DNA from: Lepidodermella squamata
Taxonomy: Eukaryota > Animalia > Gastrotricha
Length of the DNA: 64,000 nt
Assembly: GCA_047495785.1 (NCBI GenBank)
Contig: JBLDXI010000030.1
Coordinates: 1-64,000, forward strand
Direction: 5' to 3'
Positions 1 to 12,528 of the stretch are shown here, piece by piece; the first letter of the stretch is position 1; every line of letters begins with the position of its first letter. Position numbers and translations under genes: made by a program. Under the pieces are notes generated by a model. That model had not been told where the DNA came from. It saw only the letters and a list, made by a program, of their open reading frames with translations, and made no database searches.

Positions 1-11
1 CATTTATTTGA

Positions 12-310
12 TCAGACAGGTACATACGGCAATCCTAGCAACGATGATAAGACAACAATTGCATTAACAGGTATCGAGGCACCAGGCCTTTCCGCTGCAT
101 TGCACAGATCGCGATCGTCGCAGAAGCAGACGTCGGACAGGATGCCGGCGACTACGACCGGAGCACAGCCGACGCGGATGCCGGCAGCCGCGTCTTTTAT
201 GCAGTCCTTGTTCACGACCGTGTCATTCTCAACCGGTTGCCACCTCGCGCACATTTCGCACTCGGTTAGCGCCTGGAAATTGTTCGTGCCTTTGTAACAC
301 TGAAGCGATG
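12..310 (-). CDS. Ly6/three-finger (LU) protein, exon 2 (signal-peptide exon not resolved)
   Basis: LQCYKG..CEMC..C..C..CFCDDRDLCN (8 Cys) followed by a hydrophobic GPI-like tail; acceptor ttgcag at ~311-316. Confidence 0.8.
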
Positions 311-1615
311 CTGCAAGTAAAAAAATAATCATTCAATGTAGAAAATAATTTTTGATTTTTCGTCTCACGTTTGTTGTCCTACAGCCTAATACAGGTTCCT
401 CGATTTACCTATGGTTTTCACCTGCTCTATAGCTCTATGGAAACTTACGCTACAATAAAAATTTGATTTACGGTCTGATAATACTGTGAATACTGACCCC
501 AACACCCTTGCTAACCCTGGTATGTAATTGGTCTATTAAAATGCCATACTCTGGGTGAAATTTCCGTCACCGGGGCTAATATCAGGAACATACATCCAAG
601 TCAATTGCCAGTATGACACAAATTAAGGAAATTTCTTATTTGGCTAAAACTAGAGTAATCTATTTAGAGTAAAACCAGTCTACCTCTTTTCAACGATATA
701 TTTTTCTCAAAGACTGGAGACTGGAGCTCAATTTAAGTAGGCTCATTGGTTCCGCTGAAAGCTGAGTTTATGCTATGAGGTGAGCCATTCCTTCGGGTAC
801 TATGATCAGCGAAAATAACTACGAATGCTATATTTAATGAACGAACTTTCCATCCAAATAATCGGGAAGCACAAGAAACGAATCTTTGTTGTTAAGAAAT
901 CTTATTTCCTAACTTGGAACGTGAAGAACACTACGAGAATTTTGTTTGAGATTGTTCAGCTGAAAAATCTAAATTTTCAAAAACTCACTTGTTAAGCCGA
1001 TTAAGCAGTAAGTAATTGATAACAAAATAATCATCCTCACATTTCTAAGAAATTATTAGAGCACGACAAAATATTGGTGATTCAATATTACAGCTTTATC
1101 CAACATGCAAAAAGTGGATTTTACGGGCCAACCTCAAGGGAGGCATAAATTTACACGACGATTAAGGCTCTTTTTTTATCTGCTATATTCCGGATGAGAT
1201 GTGAGTACTATACACGACACATACGGCCGCACATATACATAGAATGAAAGGCGATGACCTAAATAAAGCGCGGAGGAAATAAATCTTATTAGATTAAAGG
1301 CGATAACAAAATCACATGACCGTAATAATGGCAATACTAACACTAGTAATTCGATTTGAGCTCACTCTGAATAACAAAAACGCTGAATTAACCGCGGCAT
1401 AGAGTCGAAGTATTACTTATAACTACAAGACCGCATCGGCACGAACTTGAACTTGAGACATCACCAGAAAATTAAATTAATTCTATGAAACGTGATATTT
1501 TTCCATCTCAAGTATCCGATGCAAAATGACATTCCGGATTCGCACTCGTACCGAAACTGCCTTACACTGCATGTACCAAATTAGTTGTCCTTATTTATTT
1601 TTAGGACGGGTTCAT

Positions 1616-2022
1616 TCAAATTTTATTGTAAAATAGCGTAAATAATGATGAGAAAATAACAAAAAATTGCGGATGTTCCAAGTGTCCAGCGTGGTTACAA
1701 AAGTCCTTGTCGTTGCAGTAGCAAACTTCGGCGACGTAGCCTTCAAACAGAACGTCGTCGCAGTTTACAAAAGTGAAGGGCGGAACTTCGTCTTCAGTCA
1801 CGCATTGCTTGCAAATATGAGCATCTCTGTAATGCGGCACTGCTTTCACGCACCAGTCGCAATCGTCAGCTGTCGTATAATTTCCAATACCTTCCCAGCA
1901 CTGAATAGCATCTTCAAAAATCAATAGTTCAGCATCTAAAACCAGAAAAAATTCTTGATCAACTCACATGAAGTTTGAACCAGGGCTAGGACAAGCAGGG
2001 AAGTTTCCGGGCTCACAAGCAT
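1616..2022 (-). CDS. Ly6/three-finger protein, 2 exons
   Basis: Exon 1 MLVSPETSLLVLALVQTS, donor gtgag at 1967; exon 2 IQCWEG..CDWC..CYCNDKDFCN + hydrophobic tail. Confidence 0.85.
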
Positions 2023-2108
2023 TTTGAATTTTATTCCGACCTTCAACCCCACTGCATTTTGTATGGGATAGAGATACATTTTTCATCCTTATCTTATCAG
2101 CTGCGGCT

Positions 2109-3334
2109 TCACGAGGTCATGAGGCACATTAACGTAATGTTGATAGCAATATTCGTAAACAGTAAAAAGGCATGTGTTATAAAGTCAATCAACCTTACTA
2201 GGCTAACGTGGTATCTGAAAACAAAACATTCCCTGCCACATAAAATGTGGGCCAAGAAACACGCGGTTAGACTATAGCAGCAGAACATCACACTTGTCCC
2301 GAGTTGAGTTAGGATGAAATAGACTATCAAAGGAGTGTTAGAAGTCTGGGGGATTTTGTCGTACACCATCGACTGAAGAACACTGAAGGCCAGGACGACA
2401 GTCATGTTGAACGAAGACCTCTCCGGTTCCGCAGGTGGTAGTAGACCTGCGAGAGCTTGAAGAAACAACAGCGCAAAAGATGGCAAGAATATCGAGCTTG
2501 CATAGTACTCGTATCGGCGTTTGAAGGTGAAGGAAAACTCTAGATGTGACCATGCAATGTTGTCGTAGCCTGGGTAGGTCACACTTTTGTTCGATGCACT
2601 AGCCATGACAAATTGCCACATATTGCTTTGTCTATTGAATGTCAGCGGATTAAGGTGAATCAAGCTTGTCGAATCAGGATCTAGGATCACGTCGAAAAGG
2701 GTTGTTTCAATGTACGGCTCGATTATGAATCCGCAAGTTTGGGTATCAAATGGGAACTTGTAAAAGCTGTGCAACTCGTTATTAGCCCGTAAATCTATGT
2801 AAATCAAATACTTACTCAATTTCACAAAAGCTGGTGAAGTATCCAGTGAATATGTTTGATACTGTTCCGCTTGGGTAGTACATCGACATGGGGCTGAATC
2901 TTGGAATGTCAAAATCGCCAGCTGCATTGATTAGGAGAATAGGCGGCAACCACACATTGTCGCTTTTGTCATCGAGTCTCGATATCCCAGCAAACGCTGG
3001 TTTGCTCGACCAGTTGAACGATTCGACGCAAACATGCTTCCAGTTCATGTTCAAGCTCGCAAAAACAGTAAATCTGAATCAATCAATTTGGATATAGGTA
3101 ACGAGTTTGTTGGCGAAAATTGTGAACTGACGTTTGATCGCGGTCGTTAATTTCGCGGAAGGAAAGTGCATCCAGTGTTGACGTAGCTCTCACAGGATCT
3201 TCTGCGTTCAACACAGGCCTCGCATCTGCTCTGATACTGCAATTATCAATTAAAGCAATCCGCAAAGCTTCTTCAGGTGGTAAATAGCCTTCAGCTAACA
3301 GCGGTAATAGACTTATCACCAGTCGCAAGAGCAT
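2109..3334 (-). CDS. Minimal Cys-loop ligand-gated ion channel subunit A (3 exons)
   Basis: Signal peptide, ARPV, WxP loop A, spliced Cys-loop CEIDFYKFPFDTQTC, four hydrophobic helices, M2 ERSSFNMTVVL, short M3-M4 linker. Confidence 0.9.
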
Positions 3335-4246
3335 GGCGGTGAAAAAAAAGAAAAAAGCTTTGGTCTTTTAATTGGTAAAATCTTGCAATGTAGCTTTCCT
3401 TAAATTTTCTGCGAAATTCTTCTAAAAGAGCAGAAAAATGACTGAGCAAATAATTGACAGCAAATCGTGTATCCAGCTGAGCTATTACCCGTACTTACGC
3501 CTAATCATTAATTATGCATCTGAGTGTGTATACTGTTAAACAGGAACTTTCCTAGTAATTGGGATCGCTGAAAACATGTTGTCAAATTAACGGCTTCTCG
3601 TTATAAGCGACTTCATTTTCGTCCGATTTTGCCGGGCTAAAGGTCAAATTCGGCAAAAACTAGGGCATTATTTCGTCAATTTATCGACGGGAGCTTACTT
3701 TGCCCTCCTAAGTCACGCGGTACAACCCTCGTTTCCGACCTTGGCCCAGGTCTACTAGTAGAGGTGATCAAACCACTTAGCTTCAATTAGAACTTTGCCA
3801 TCGGCGAAGGTTGGGCGAAGAAGGCAAAGATGATCGATTAACATTAACCATTGCTGTCATTGGAGATTTCGGTCGTCTAGCCTAAACAGAGGGGTGACCG
3901 TACCTGAGACTTCAAATTACGACTGTCGGCCTGCGGCCTTTGACAGCTGACGGGATCTCCGTGACTTTTTCCAGTTCGAAGGTACAACTTAGATCACCTG
4001 CCCTAATTGTTCAGTGAGTCTAAATATTTTTCCTTGAATTATTTAGCAGTGATACGGAAATTGCGTCCTAAAAGTCCAAAGAATATTGCCAGTTATGTTA
4101 TATTGTGGAGTTAATGTGTTTAGCAAAACTGACACAAATCGAATCGAAATTACAATCGAAATTACAAGATTTTCGAATTTTAATCTAATTTTCAGCCCCG
4201 CTGCATCGATTCTGTATGCATAGCTGGCTACTTATCAGCCGCAGCT

Positions 4247-5473
4247 TCATGACGTCATGAGGCACATTATGACAATATTGAAAACAATATTCGTAAAAAG
4301 CAGAAAAATATGCGTTAACAAATCAACCAGCCTTATGAGGCTCACCTTGCACTTTTTGAATAACAGGCATTCCCTGCCATTCAAAAGTTGCGCCAAGAAG
4401 CACGAGACCAGGCTGTAGCAGCAGAACATCACACTGGTCCCGAGCTGAACTAGGATGAAATAGACGATAAGAGGGGTATCCGAAGTCTGGGGGATTTTGT
4501 CGTACACCATCGACTGAAGAACACTGAAGGCCAGGACGACAGTCATGTTGAACGAAGACCTCTCCGGTTCCGCAGGTGGTAGTAGACCTGCGAGAGCTTG
4601 AAGAAACAACAGTGCGAAAGATGGTAAGAAAATCGAGCTTGCATAGTACTCGTATCTGCGTTTGAAGGTGAAGGAAAACTCTAGGTGGGAATATGTAAAG
4701 TCTTCATAGCCGGGGTAGATGATGCTAGCGTTCGAAGCTGTCGAATTAATGTATAGCCACATATTGGTCTGCTTATTGAATTTCGAGGGATTAATGCGAA
4801 TAAGGGTTGTTGTTTCTGGATCTAGGATCAAATCAAAGAGATTTGTCTCAATGTACGGCTCGATTATGAATCCACAAGTTTGGGTGTCAAATGGAAACTT
4901 GAAAAAGCTGTATAATATACAAATTTAATTCGCTCATTCTTTCAGTCTCATTTTCTTACTCGATCTCGCAAAAAGTGGTGAAATATCCGCTGAATACGCT
5001 GCCAACTGTTCCGTCTGGGTAATAGGTAGAAATGGGCGTGAATTTTGGCAAGTCGAAAGCTCCAGCGGCGTTGATCAGGTAAAGAGGCGGTATCCACACA
5101 AACTCGCTTTTGTCAGCAAAACTTGATATTCCCGCAAACTCCGGCTTACTCGACCAATTATACATTTCGACGCAAGGATGCTTCCAGTTCAAGTTCAAAC
5201 TAGCAAAAGCAGTGAACCTATTTAAAAAACTTGATGATAAAGCGACTTGGTTGAAAATGGTCAGGCAAACGTTTGATCGCGATCGTTGATTTCGCGAAAG
5301 GAAAGCGCATCAATGGTCCCTGTTGCTCTGACAGGATCCTCAGAGTTCAAAACAGGCCTTGCATCTGCTCGAATGTTGCAATTCTCGATCAAAGCCAACC
5401 GCAGAGCTTCTTCAGGCGGTAAATAGCCTTTAGCTATTAATGGTAAAAGGTTTATCATTACTGCTAGTAGCAT
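4247..5473 (-). CDS. Minimal pLGIC subunit B (3 exons)
   Basis: Paralogue of A with the same intron positions, Cys-loop CEIDFFKFPFDTQTC and 4 TM. Confidence 0.9.
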
Positions 5474-5957
5474 TTTTACAACTTATATTCGCATCGAAGA
5501 GTTTCCCTGTGAGTTTTCATTGAAGACAAACATCTGATTGACATCTTTGTGGAAAATGCCAATTAAGATTCGGCTTTTAATTGGTAAAATCTTCAGATAA
5601 GGTTTCCTGCAGAATTCTTCAAATAATACATTACTGTACAAATATTGCACAGTTGCCTGAACTCTCTGTTGAGCAATTTCAATCATTTCAATCCTGGCTC
5701 TAGGAGATTGTCCAACCCTGAAGTCCTTAGTGTTTGACACTGATGTACGTGATGAAGAATTGCTTCCGTCTTTAGTTGACGATCAAGGTGGAATATTATG
5801 AACACAATTTGAGTCATGTCGGGACCTTAGCAATCATTAGCGCTGAATCCTGCTAAGTGTACTTGTACTTATAAGCTAATTCGTAGGTTTTGAAGTTGCC
5901 CACAAATTGCTGGAGAGCGATAACAGTTTTGACCTTTAAAGAAAAATGAATGTTTAT

Positions 5958-6379
5958 TCATAACAAAAGGCTGTTTTTAAGGAAGTATAAGAGCATAGTC
6001 GGTATGAAAATGAGGTATTTTGATGAGGCTTCTTTAAACTGCCGATCGTTCGCCGCATTACACAGATCAGCATCGTTGCAAAAGCAAATGTCGGCTGGGT
6101 GATTCACGGTGGCCACTGAGACGCATACGCTTTTCAAGCCGGGCTCAACTTGCGAAGGCACCAGGCACCGTTTTCCAACGGCTTTCACACTCCTCAGCGA
6201 CGCACACCACTGGCAGTCTTCGAATTGATGAAATGAATTTATGCCATCCCAACACTTGATTGCATCTGCAAAACGGACGCAGTTAATTGATAGACTCATC
6301 GAACGGTCACATTTTTACCTGAATACTTCAGTGACAGCAGGAGTAGAATTATGGAGAAAGCTAAACTTTGCTTCTCCAT
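5958..6379 (-). CDS. Ly6/three-finger protein, 2 exons
   Basis: Exon 1 MEKQSLAFSIILLLLSLKYS|gtaaa; exon 2 IKCWDG..CQWC..CFCNDADLCN + tail. Confidence 0.85.
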
Positions 6380-6945
6380 TCCCCTAGCACAAAGTTTCTT
6401 CTGATTTACAGCATCATATAAGCAGAGTAAAGTAGATGCAAATTGCCTAATCAGCAAAGCCCAAACTCCGCAACAGCGGCTAGTTATCAAGCAGTGTTAT
6501 ATCAGCAAACAGCGAAATAAAAATTGCTGTGCTATATAGATAAGCACAAAATCTGCAGTCCAGAAAGTTCTCGGTGCTTTGATTCAGGAAATTTCCACAT
6601 GACCATTAATACATAGTCTAAATTATGTAACATAAAGATTCCGATGAGACCTTGAAGCATCTGTAGTATAAAAATTAAAACGTTATGTAAATTTAAAGTC
6701 GTCGGAGTTCGAAGTAAGCCGTGGAAATATTGGTCCAAGACTTACTTCGGAACTTGATGATTCAGAGATTCTTCGGGAATGTGAGGTGAACACTCGGGAC
6801 TGGAGTTGTTTGGTCGGTCAGAATGTTACTCCCGATCATTTGCGCTGACATTGTGGAGTATTTGTATTTATTCATGTTTATAATTCAAATGTTAATATAT
6901 AAGCAACACTTCAGATCGACTGGGTATAAGGTTGTTAATCAGATT

Positions 6946-7348
6946 TTATAGAACGTAAATGGCAGCGGCGATGAAAGTGACGGCGAGTGCCGAGAAGGCA
7001 GCCGAGCGCGGGGCACTGTTGCAGAAATCGCGGTCGTTGCAAAAGCATGCCCGCACTGAAACGCCAAGGACTTTGACTGTCTGGCACATGTTAGTAGCGC
7101 CAGGTGTCTCCGGTAAGCACTGCTTTTGAGTTACTTCGACGCCGTCAGAGTCGCCGTAGCCTTTGGTGCACCACACGCAACCTGCTTTATTAGTGTATGA
7201 ACCCACTCCGTTGGTGACTGTTCCCACGTAGCAGCTGACAGCCGCTGCAGGAAGGCATTTCATGATAATCTATAATTTCAGAATTGAGAAACTTACATGA
7301 AAGGCCAATGACCGACGTGAATGCCATCAAGGATATGAAAGTGCGCAT
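6946..7348 (-). CDS. Ly6/three-finger protein (CYVGTV subfamily)
   Basis: Exon 1 MRTFISLMAFTSVIGLS|gtaagt; exon 2 SCYVGT..CVWC..CFCNDRDFCN + GPI-like tail. Confidence 0.9.
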
Positions 7349-8659
7349 GTTTCCTTTCGGGTCACTTATTGATTCGGAAAAAAACAGAGCAATGAATACA
7401 GTGCAATATTCACTGCACCGACGGCGCCCTTATCGCAGGTGAGAAACGGACCCACGCATTGCCAGGCATTTTACAGTTTACCGACTCGGCCATATGATAA
7501 GAAACAAAATTCCAGAAAGAAATCCAATAATTGAGATGGTTGTAGATTAGGCCGTTTGCCATCAGAATACTTGGTTTACTTGGTTTACTTGCCACAATTA
7601 ATATGGAGTTAACGCTTGTGGTCAATGGAAAACGTGCAGAGGGTGTGGCAAGGAGTCATTTTTTAGGTAAATAAAAAATAATTTATTAGTGGATCGCACG
7701 ACGGAAATGTTTCATCTCGGAGTCGTAGCAATTATCAATCGACTAACCAGCGTGCGCGCCAAAGTTCAACTTTTTAGTGGTTCCACAATGATAAGAAGCG
7801 AACTTCAAGAAGGAAATTTTGCATTTTGTGCTGCTATACTGTAGGCGGTAGGCGTGCTAGTTTGAATTTACGCATACATGGTGTGTTAAGGGACCTTGGA
7901 ACTCTTAGAACGAAGTAGGACCGCAGAACTGGTAGGCATATAGAACGGAGTGATCATACGATCATACGATACATGCTACAATAGTATTAGATTTGCGATA
8001 CCAACGAACGAGGGAACATATTTTTTGTTGCCCTTAAGGTATATCGGTTACGGTGAATGTGAAGAAGAGTGCTAGTGCTAGAAGAGGTGAGCAGACAGAA
8101 ATCAACTTGAACCACGGCGGAATAGGCGACCACGGACGTGAATTATAAGCTGATAAATCAGAAACAGAAGGAAGAAACGAGAAGAACAGAGGGTAACAGA
8201 AAGACTGTAGCGGATGCATGAGAAGAGAAGGAACAGAGGAAGATTGGGTCACGAAGACAGGGAGCGGGCCCGACGACAGGCGGTCGTCGCGGACGACTAC
8301 TGGCGACTTAACCGTCGTTAGCAGACTCCTTCGATTTGTTCGCGGAGTGGCAGGTCATGTTGGCAGGCATTCTCGGCGTAGCGCTTTGAACCAGAGAGGA
8401 AAACTCGAGAAGGCTAGGCAGGCGACAGCTCACAAATTGCAGACTGTATCGAAATATCTAGCTAAAAAAACAAACTAGCGTTAATTGTATTCAGTCCCTG
8501 ATTCTCGCCCAATGATCAGAGCCCTCAGGTCGAGTTGGCAGTCAAATAGAATACTTATTCATTTTGAAACAAGTCAGGCTCTTGCAGAGTATTCAGCTTT
8601 TATTGATTTTAGCAGACAATTCAATATTTCTTATCAGCTGGATAATACTTAAGCATGAT

Positions 8660-9063
8660 TTATAGTGCGAAAACGGCAGCTGCGAGGAAAGTGACGGCGA
8701 GTGCCGAGAAGGCGGCAGCACGGGGGGCGCTGTTGCAGAAATCGCGGTCGTCGCACAGGCAAGCGCGCACCGAAATACCGCTAGCACTGACAGTCTGGCA
8801 CATGTTAGAAGCGCCTGGTGTTGCCGGCAAGCACTGCTTCTGAGTTACTTCGACGCCGTTGGTGTCAGCGTAGCCTTTGCTGCACCATACACAACCTGTC
8901 GCATTAGTGTAGGAGCCGACTCCGTTGGTGACTGTTCCAACGTAGCATTGGAGAGCCGCTGTAAAGAAAAACGTTTATTTTGGATCTATTATTTTAAGCT
9001 GGAAGACTCACATGAAACGCCGATGACGGCGGCGAAAGCAATCAAGGCAATGAAGGTGCGCAT
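8660..9063 (-). CDS. Ly6/three-finger protein (CYVGTV subfamily; absent from ORF track)
   Basis: Hand translation: MRTFIALIAFAAVIGVS|gtgagt..LQCYVGTVTNGVGSYTNATGCVWCSK..CLCDDRDFCNSAPRAAAFSALAVTFLAAAVFAL*. Confidence 0.9.
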
Positions 9064-9971
9064 CTTTATTTCTGTGGCGAAGTGTTAGAAAAGCAACGAA
9101 AAAAGTGGAATATCTGCTGTACCGATGAAGATGTCTCTTTTAAGTCTCACGGTTATCGCATTAGAGAAACGGCCAGCGAGCCCACGCATTGCGAGCCGTT
9201 TTACATAACCCGGACTGATAAGAGAAACATCCTGTAATTATAGTTGTTATCAATATGGTAGTTGAGTATTCATTGTTTAAATATCACTTGAATTATCGCA
9301 AACACCTAGCACTGGGCTGGTTGCGTTTTTTGCCTACTCTGAGTGTGTAGCATGAATTTGCAAAACCGGCGCCTGCCATTGGTTGGATTCAGCCCTAATC
9401 GCATTGTTTGATGTCGGACAGTTTCACCTACCTCTCCCACGCTGGCTGGAACAGGCGTTTTTTTGAAGATGATGCAACTGGCCGCTTCTTGCGAGACAAC
9501 GTCGTTTTATCTCATGTCAATACTAGACATGGCACACGTTATAGATATGAAGGGTCGATTTAGCACTATCAAGCAGTAAGTGGACGGCTTGTGAAGGAAG
9601 TAAAGGGTAAAGTAATTAATGTATCACTAATTCACTATCTGGGACTCTACTGAAGCAACATCCTTTGATGGAAATTAATGGTATATAATGATGGATTCAA
9701 TAGAGTATTCTGAATCTGACAACAAAAGCCAGCTATTGATATGAACAGCGGGTGTGAGTGGCCATCCTCAAAACCCGGAAGAGTATGCAAGTTTTTGTCG
9801 CGGGAATAAAATGAAGAGATTTGGTATTTCTATTACGTTTTCGGGGGTGAATTATGCTTTTTAATTTTTACCTTTTTATTTTCCACTCCCATTTACAACC
9901 TCGCTACTAGTTTATTTGTGTTAAATGACTTCCAAAACGATGCAAGCTTTCGAACAAAAAATGTTGCGAGT

Positions 9972-10391
9972 TCATTGAGCGTAGAAACCAGCGATAGCCA
10001 TCGCAACAGCTGATGCGATTACGAAGTGCCCGCCGGAGATTTTCAGCCCTGAATTGCACAGGTCTTTTGAGTTGCATAAACACGTGATGGTCTCGACACT
10101 CGCAAGAGTCGAAGATGTGCAGCTGTTCCCAAAATCAACATCGTTGCATGCCTTGTTGATAGCTACCGCGTCGCCGTTGATTACCTTCACCTTGCTGCAT
10201 GATTTGCAGTCGCCAGCAGAGACGGAGAAAGTTCCTGATTCACTTGATGCTGTACCAGTATAACATTTGATCCCAGCTAAGTTCAAAATAATGCGATTTA
10301 TTCTTTGAAAAAAAACATTATTTTCAAACAACTAACCGGCACCTGCAAACACCGCCGCAAAAACAGCTGCATAGAGAACGAAGCGAGACAT
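9972..10391 (-). CDS. Ly6/three-finger protein (GIKCY/NSKDLCN subfamily)
   Basis: Exon 1 MSRFVLYAAVFAAVFAGA|gttag; exon 2 GIKCYTG..CKSC..CLCNSKDLCN + tail. Confidence 0.9.
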
Positions 10392-10485
10392 TTTGTTTAG
10401 TTTAGTTTTATTCTGCTCCAAAACATGCTACACTTCTATAAGTATCTCATCTCAGATATATAGCATGTAGTTATATATACAAATA

Positions 10486-10744
10486 CAGAGAAAGTTGCCT
10501 AAACCGGACTCGTATCGCGCCAGGCAAAATGGTCCGGTTTAGACAAAGTCCGGTTTATGCTTGGGAAATATAGCATTCGCTCAAAAAATATAGTGTTAGT
10601 ACCCATGCTCATGCAGTATTTTACGATAACCAAAATCCGTCCGGTTTATACCACCAGTCCGGTTTAGACAGTAAAATTATAATAGAAAGTCCACACTTTT
10701 GGATCGAGCCACCCGAAAACGTCCGGTTTAGACAACTTTCACCG
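10486..10744. mobile_element. Tc1/mariner-pogo-type MITE
   Basis: TA-flanked 24-bp imperfect TIR CAGAGAAAGTTGCCTAAACCGGAC / CGGTGAAAGTTGTCTAAACCGGAC; internal gtccggttta repeats. Confidence 0.75.
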
Positions 10745-11472
10745 TAAATATCATTGTCCGGAACCAGGGCGCCTTGCCCAACCTACAATGGATAGATTAT
10801 ATAGGATTAAGGATGTGAAAGATTATTTTCGCGACAGAAGGTACCGAGTAGTTATTCCGACGAGCATGAAATGATAATATCTCTGATTAAACTTACTTGC
10901 CCACGTGAACAAGTTAGCCTGGGGGAATTTGAAGTAAACAGTAAAAAGCTCACTATTGTCAATCAGGGTGATTCCACGCGTTGCGGACAGACAAAATTGA
11001 CAAAGTTACGACATACTTGCTTGCATAGCACTTTTAGTTTGACTCCAAATGAAGTAATTTTTTTTATTATGCATGGTTTTCGGCTGTTGCATTCAAAATG
11101 CCGACTGCTTCCAAAAAGTTTTACTTGGTTCTGAGTATGCGGAGGTATTAGCAATGCGTTGCGGACAGACATTTTTAACCAACAATAATGTGACCCCTTG
11201 ATATTTATGAGAGTTACTAGTCAGGCGATGCGTGTCCCTATGACAATGTATAAAAAATTCAGCGATTAGCAGTTCTACTTTGAAAAAAAATTGTTAGGCA
11301 GCGACATTCAAGTGATGGCTTAGCACCGCATTTATTCATTTAAAAATTACAACGTTGCGGACAGACGTTGCGGACAGACAGTTGCCTTGAAAGAAGCTTC
11401 TGTCTGTCCGCAACATTTCACCACACTGATACACAGAAAAACAACAAGTTTAAAAGTCAAAATTAGTCAGAA

Positions 11473-12528
11473 TTAATCGTAAATGTCCCTGCAAAGTTCG
11501 CAGGAGTAGGGCATCGTACCACCGAGGCAGCAAGTCGCGCAGTCCATCATGCGGCAGTGCTGGCACTGTAGACCTTTGCGCTGGTCCTTGCGACGGCAGG
11601 AGCTACATATTTCGAGGAGAGAATCATTGTTGTCGTCAGCGGACTGATTTCGCTCCATTCTGCTGGCCTTCCTCGACGCCTTGTTACCAGTGGAAGTTCG
11701 ACTTCTGAAGAAGGAATGGTCCAAATTATTAACCTCATGATATTTTAAACACAATTGAACTAACCGTTTCCTTGTAGGGGGCCTTGTTTCCTCAACAAAT
11801 GTGCTAGATGATTTCGGATTGAAATTTAATTCCTCCTCATCTTCATCTTCCACATCGTCGACCATGCTGAAGTGCTTGCGAGCTTCAGAATCCTGGGGCA
11901 ACATTTCAAAGGTATTCCCGGCCATTGACGATATGAGCGAGGTTTCGATCACAAACGGTTCCTGGAATCGTATGCAGTGTTGTTTCATTGTTTGAGGAAT
12001 CGTCCTGACTTCTTCAAGCCATTTGCCCATCACCGGCTCACTTCGGCACACCTCATCGTTGCTACAATGCAACACCTTGACTTTCGTTACCACCTTACTA
12101 GCGACCAGAGCAAACGAGGCAGCGTCGCGAACGCATACATTTTCATTCGCCATAATTTCTCGGCGAACAGCAGATTTAATGCAGCCACCAACTCCGTCAA
12201 CGGCGCCCTTGCCATGATATGACGCGAAGAAGTGCCACTTGAGGCTTTCAAGGGCGAGCTCCTGGACCAAGATGCTGAGGCTGCCCAAGAAGAAACGCTG
12301 CTTGAAATGCATCTTGGCCCCATCGCTAAACCCGTCAAACTTGCGAAGAGCTGGGTATCGAAGTTTCAAATCGGTCAGCACCTTCAGGAGGAAGCAGTAG
12401 GCCGCGTTGGAGTCATGCGAAAGTCGGTCGCTTGTAACCACGTAGGACGCTTTCTCCTCGCCAATCCAAGCTACGAAGGTGAAGAGCGTAACCTGCTGGT
12501 GGTTCCAATGCGCCGACTGCACTTCCGA
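11473..12528 (-). CDS. Sola2-like transposase, C-terminal part
   Basis: EVQSAHW, FSDGAxxxFK, HFFASYHGKGAVDGVGG; C-terminal Cys-rich Zn-finger; acceptor ttgtag before SEVQ. Confidence 0.75.
   Translation of the reverse strand, partial: SEVQSAHWNHQQVTLFTFVAWIGEEKASYVVTSDRLSHDSNAAYCFLLKVLTDLKLRYPALRKFDGFSDGAKMHFKQRFFLGSLSILVQELALESLKWHFFASYHGKGAVDGVGGCIKSAVRREIMANENVCVRDAASFALVASKVVTKVKVLHCSNDEVCRSEPVMGKWLEEVRTIPQTMKQHCIRFQEPFVIETSLISSMAGNTFEMLPQDSEARKHFSMVDDVEDEDEEELNFNPKSSSTFVEETRPPTRKRLVQLCLKYHEVNNLDHSFFRSRTSTGNKASRKASRMERNQSADDNNDSLLEICSSCRRKDQRKGLQCQHCRMMDCATCCLGGTMPYSCELCRDIYD

Noticed and set aside
2109-5473. Bacterial GLIC/ELIC-type origin or contamination
   Set aside because: Spliceosomal introns and a true Cys-loop disulfide are present
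7900-8600. Possible solo LTR (purine-rich tract)
   Set aside because: No convincing TG..CA ends or TSD found
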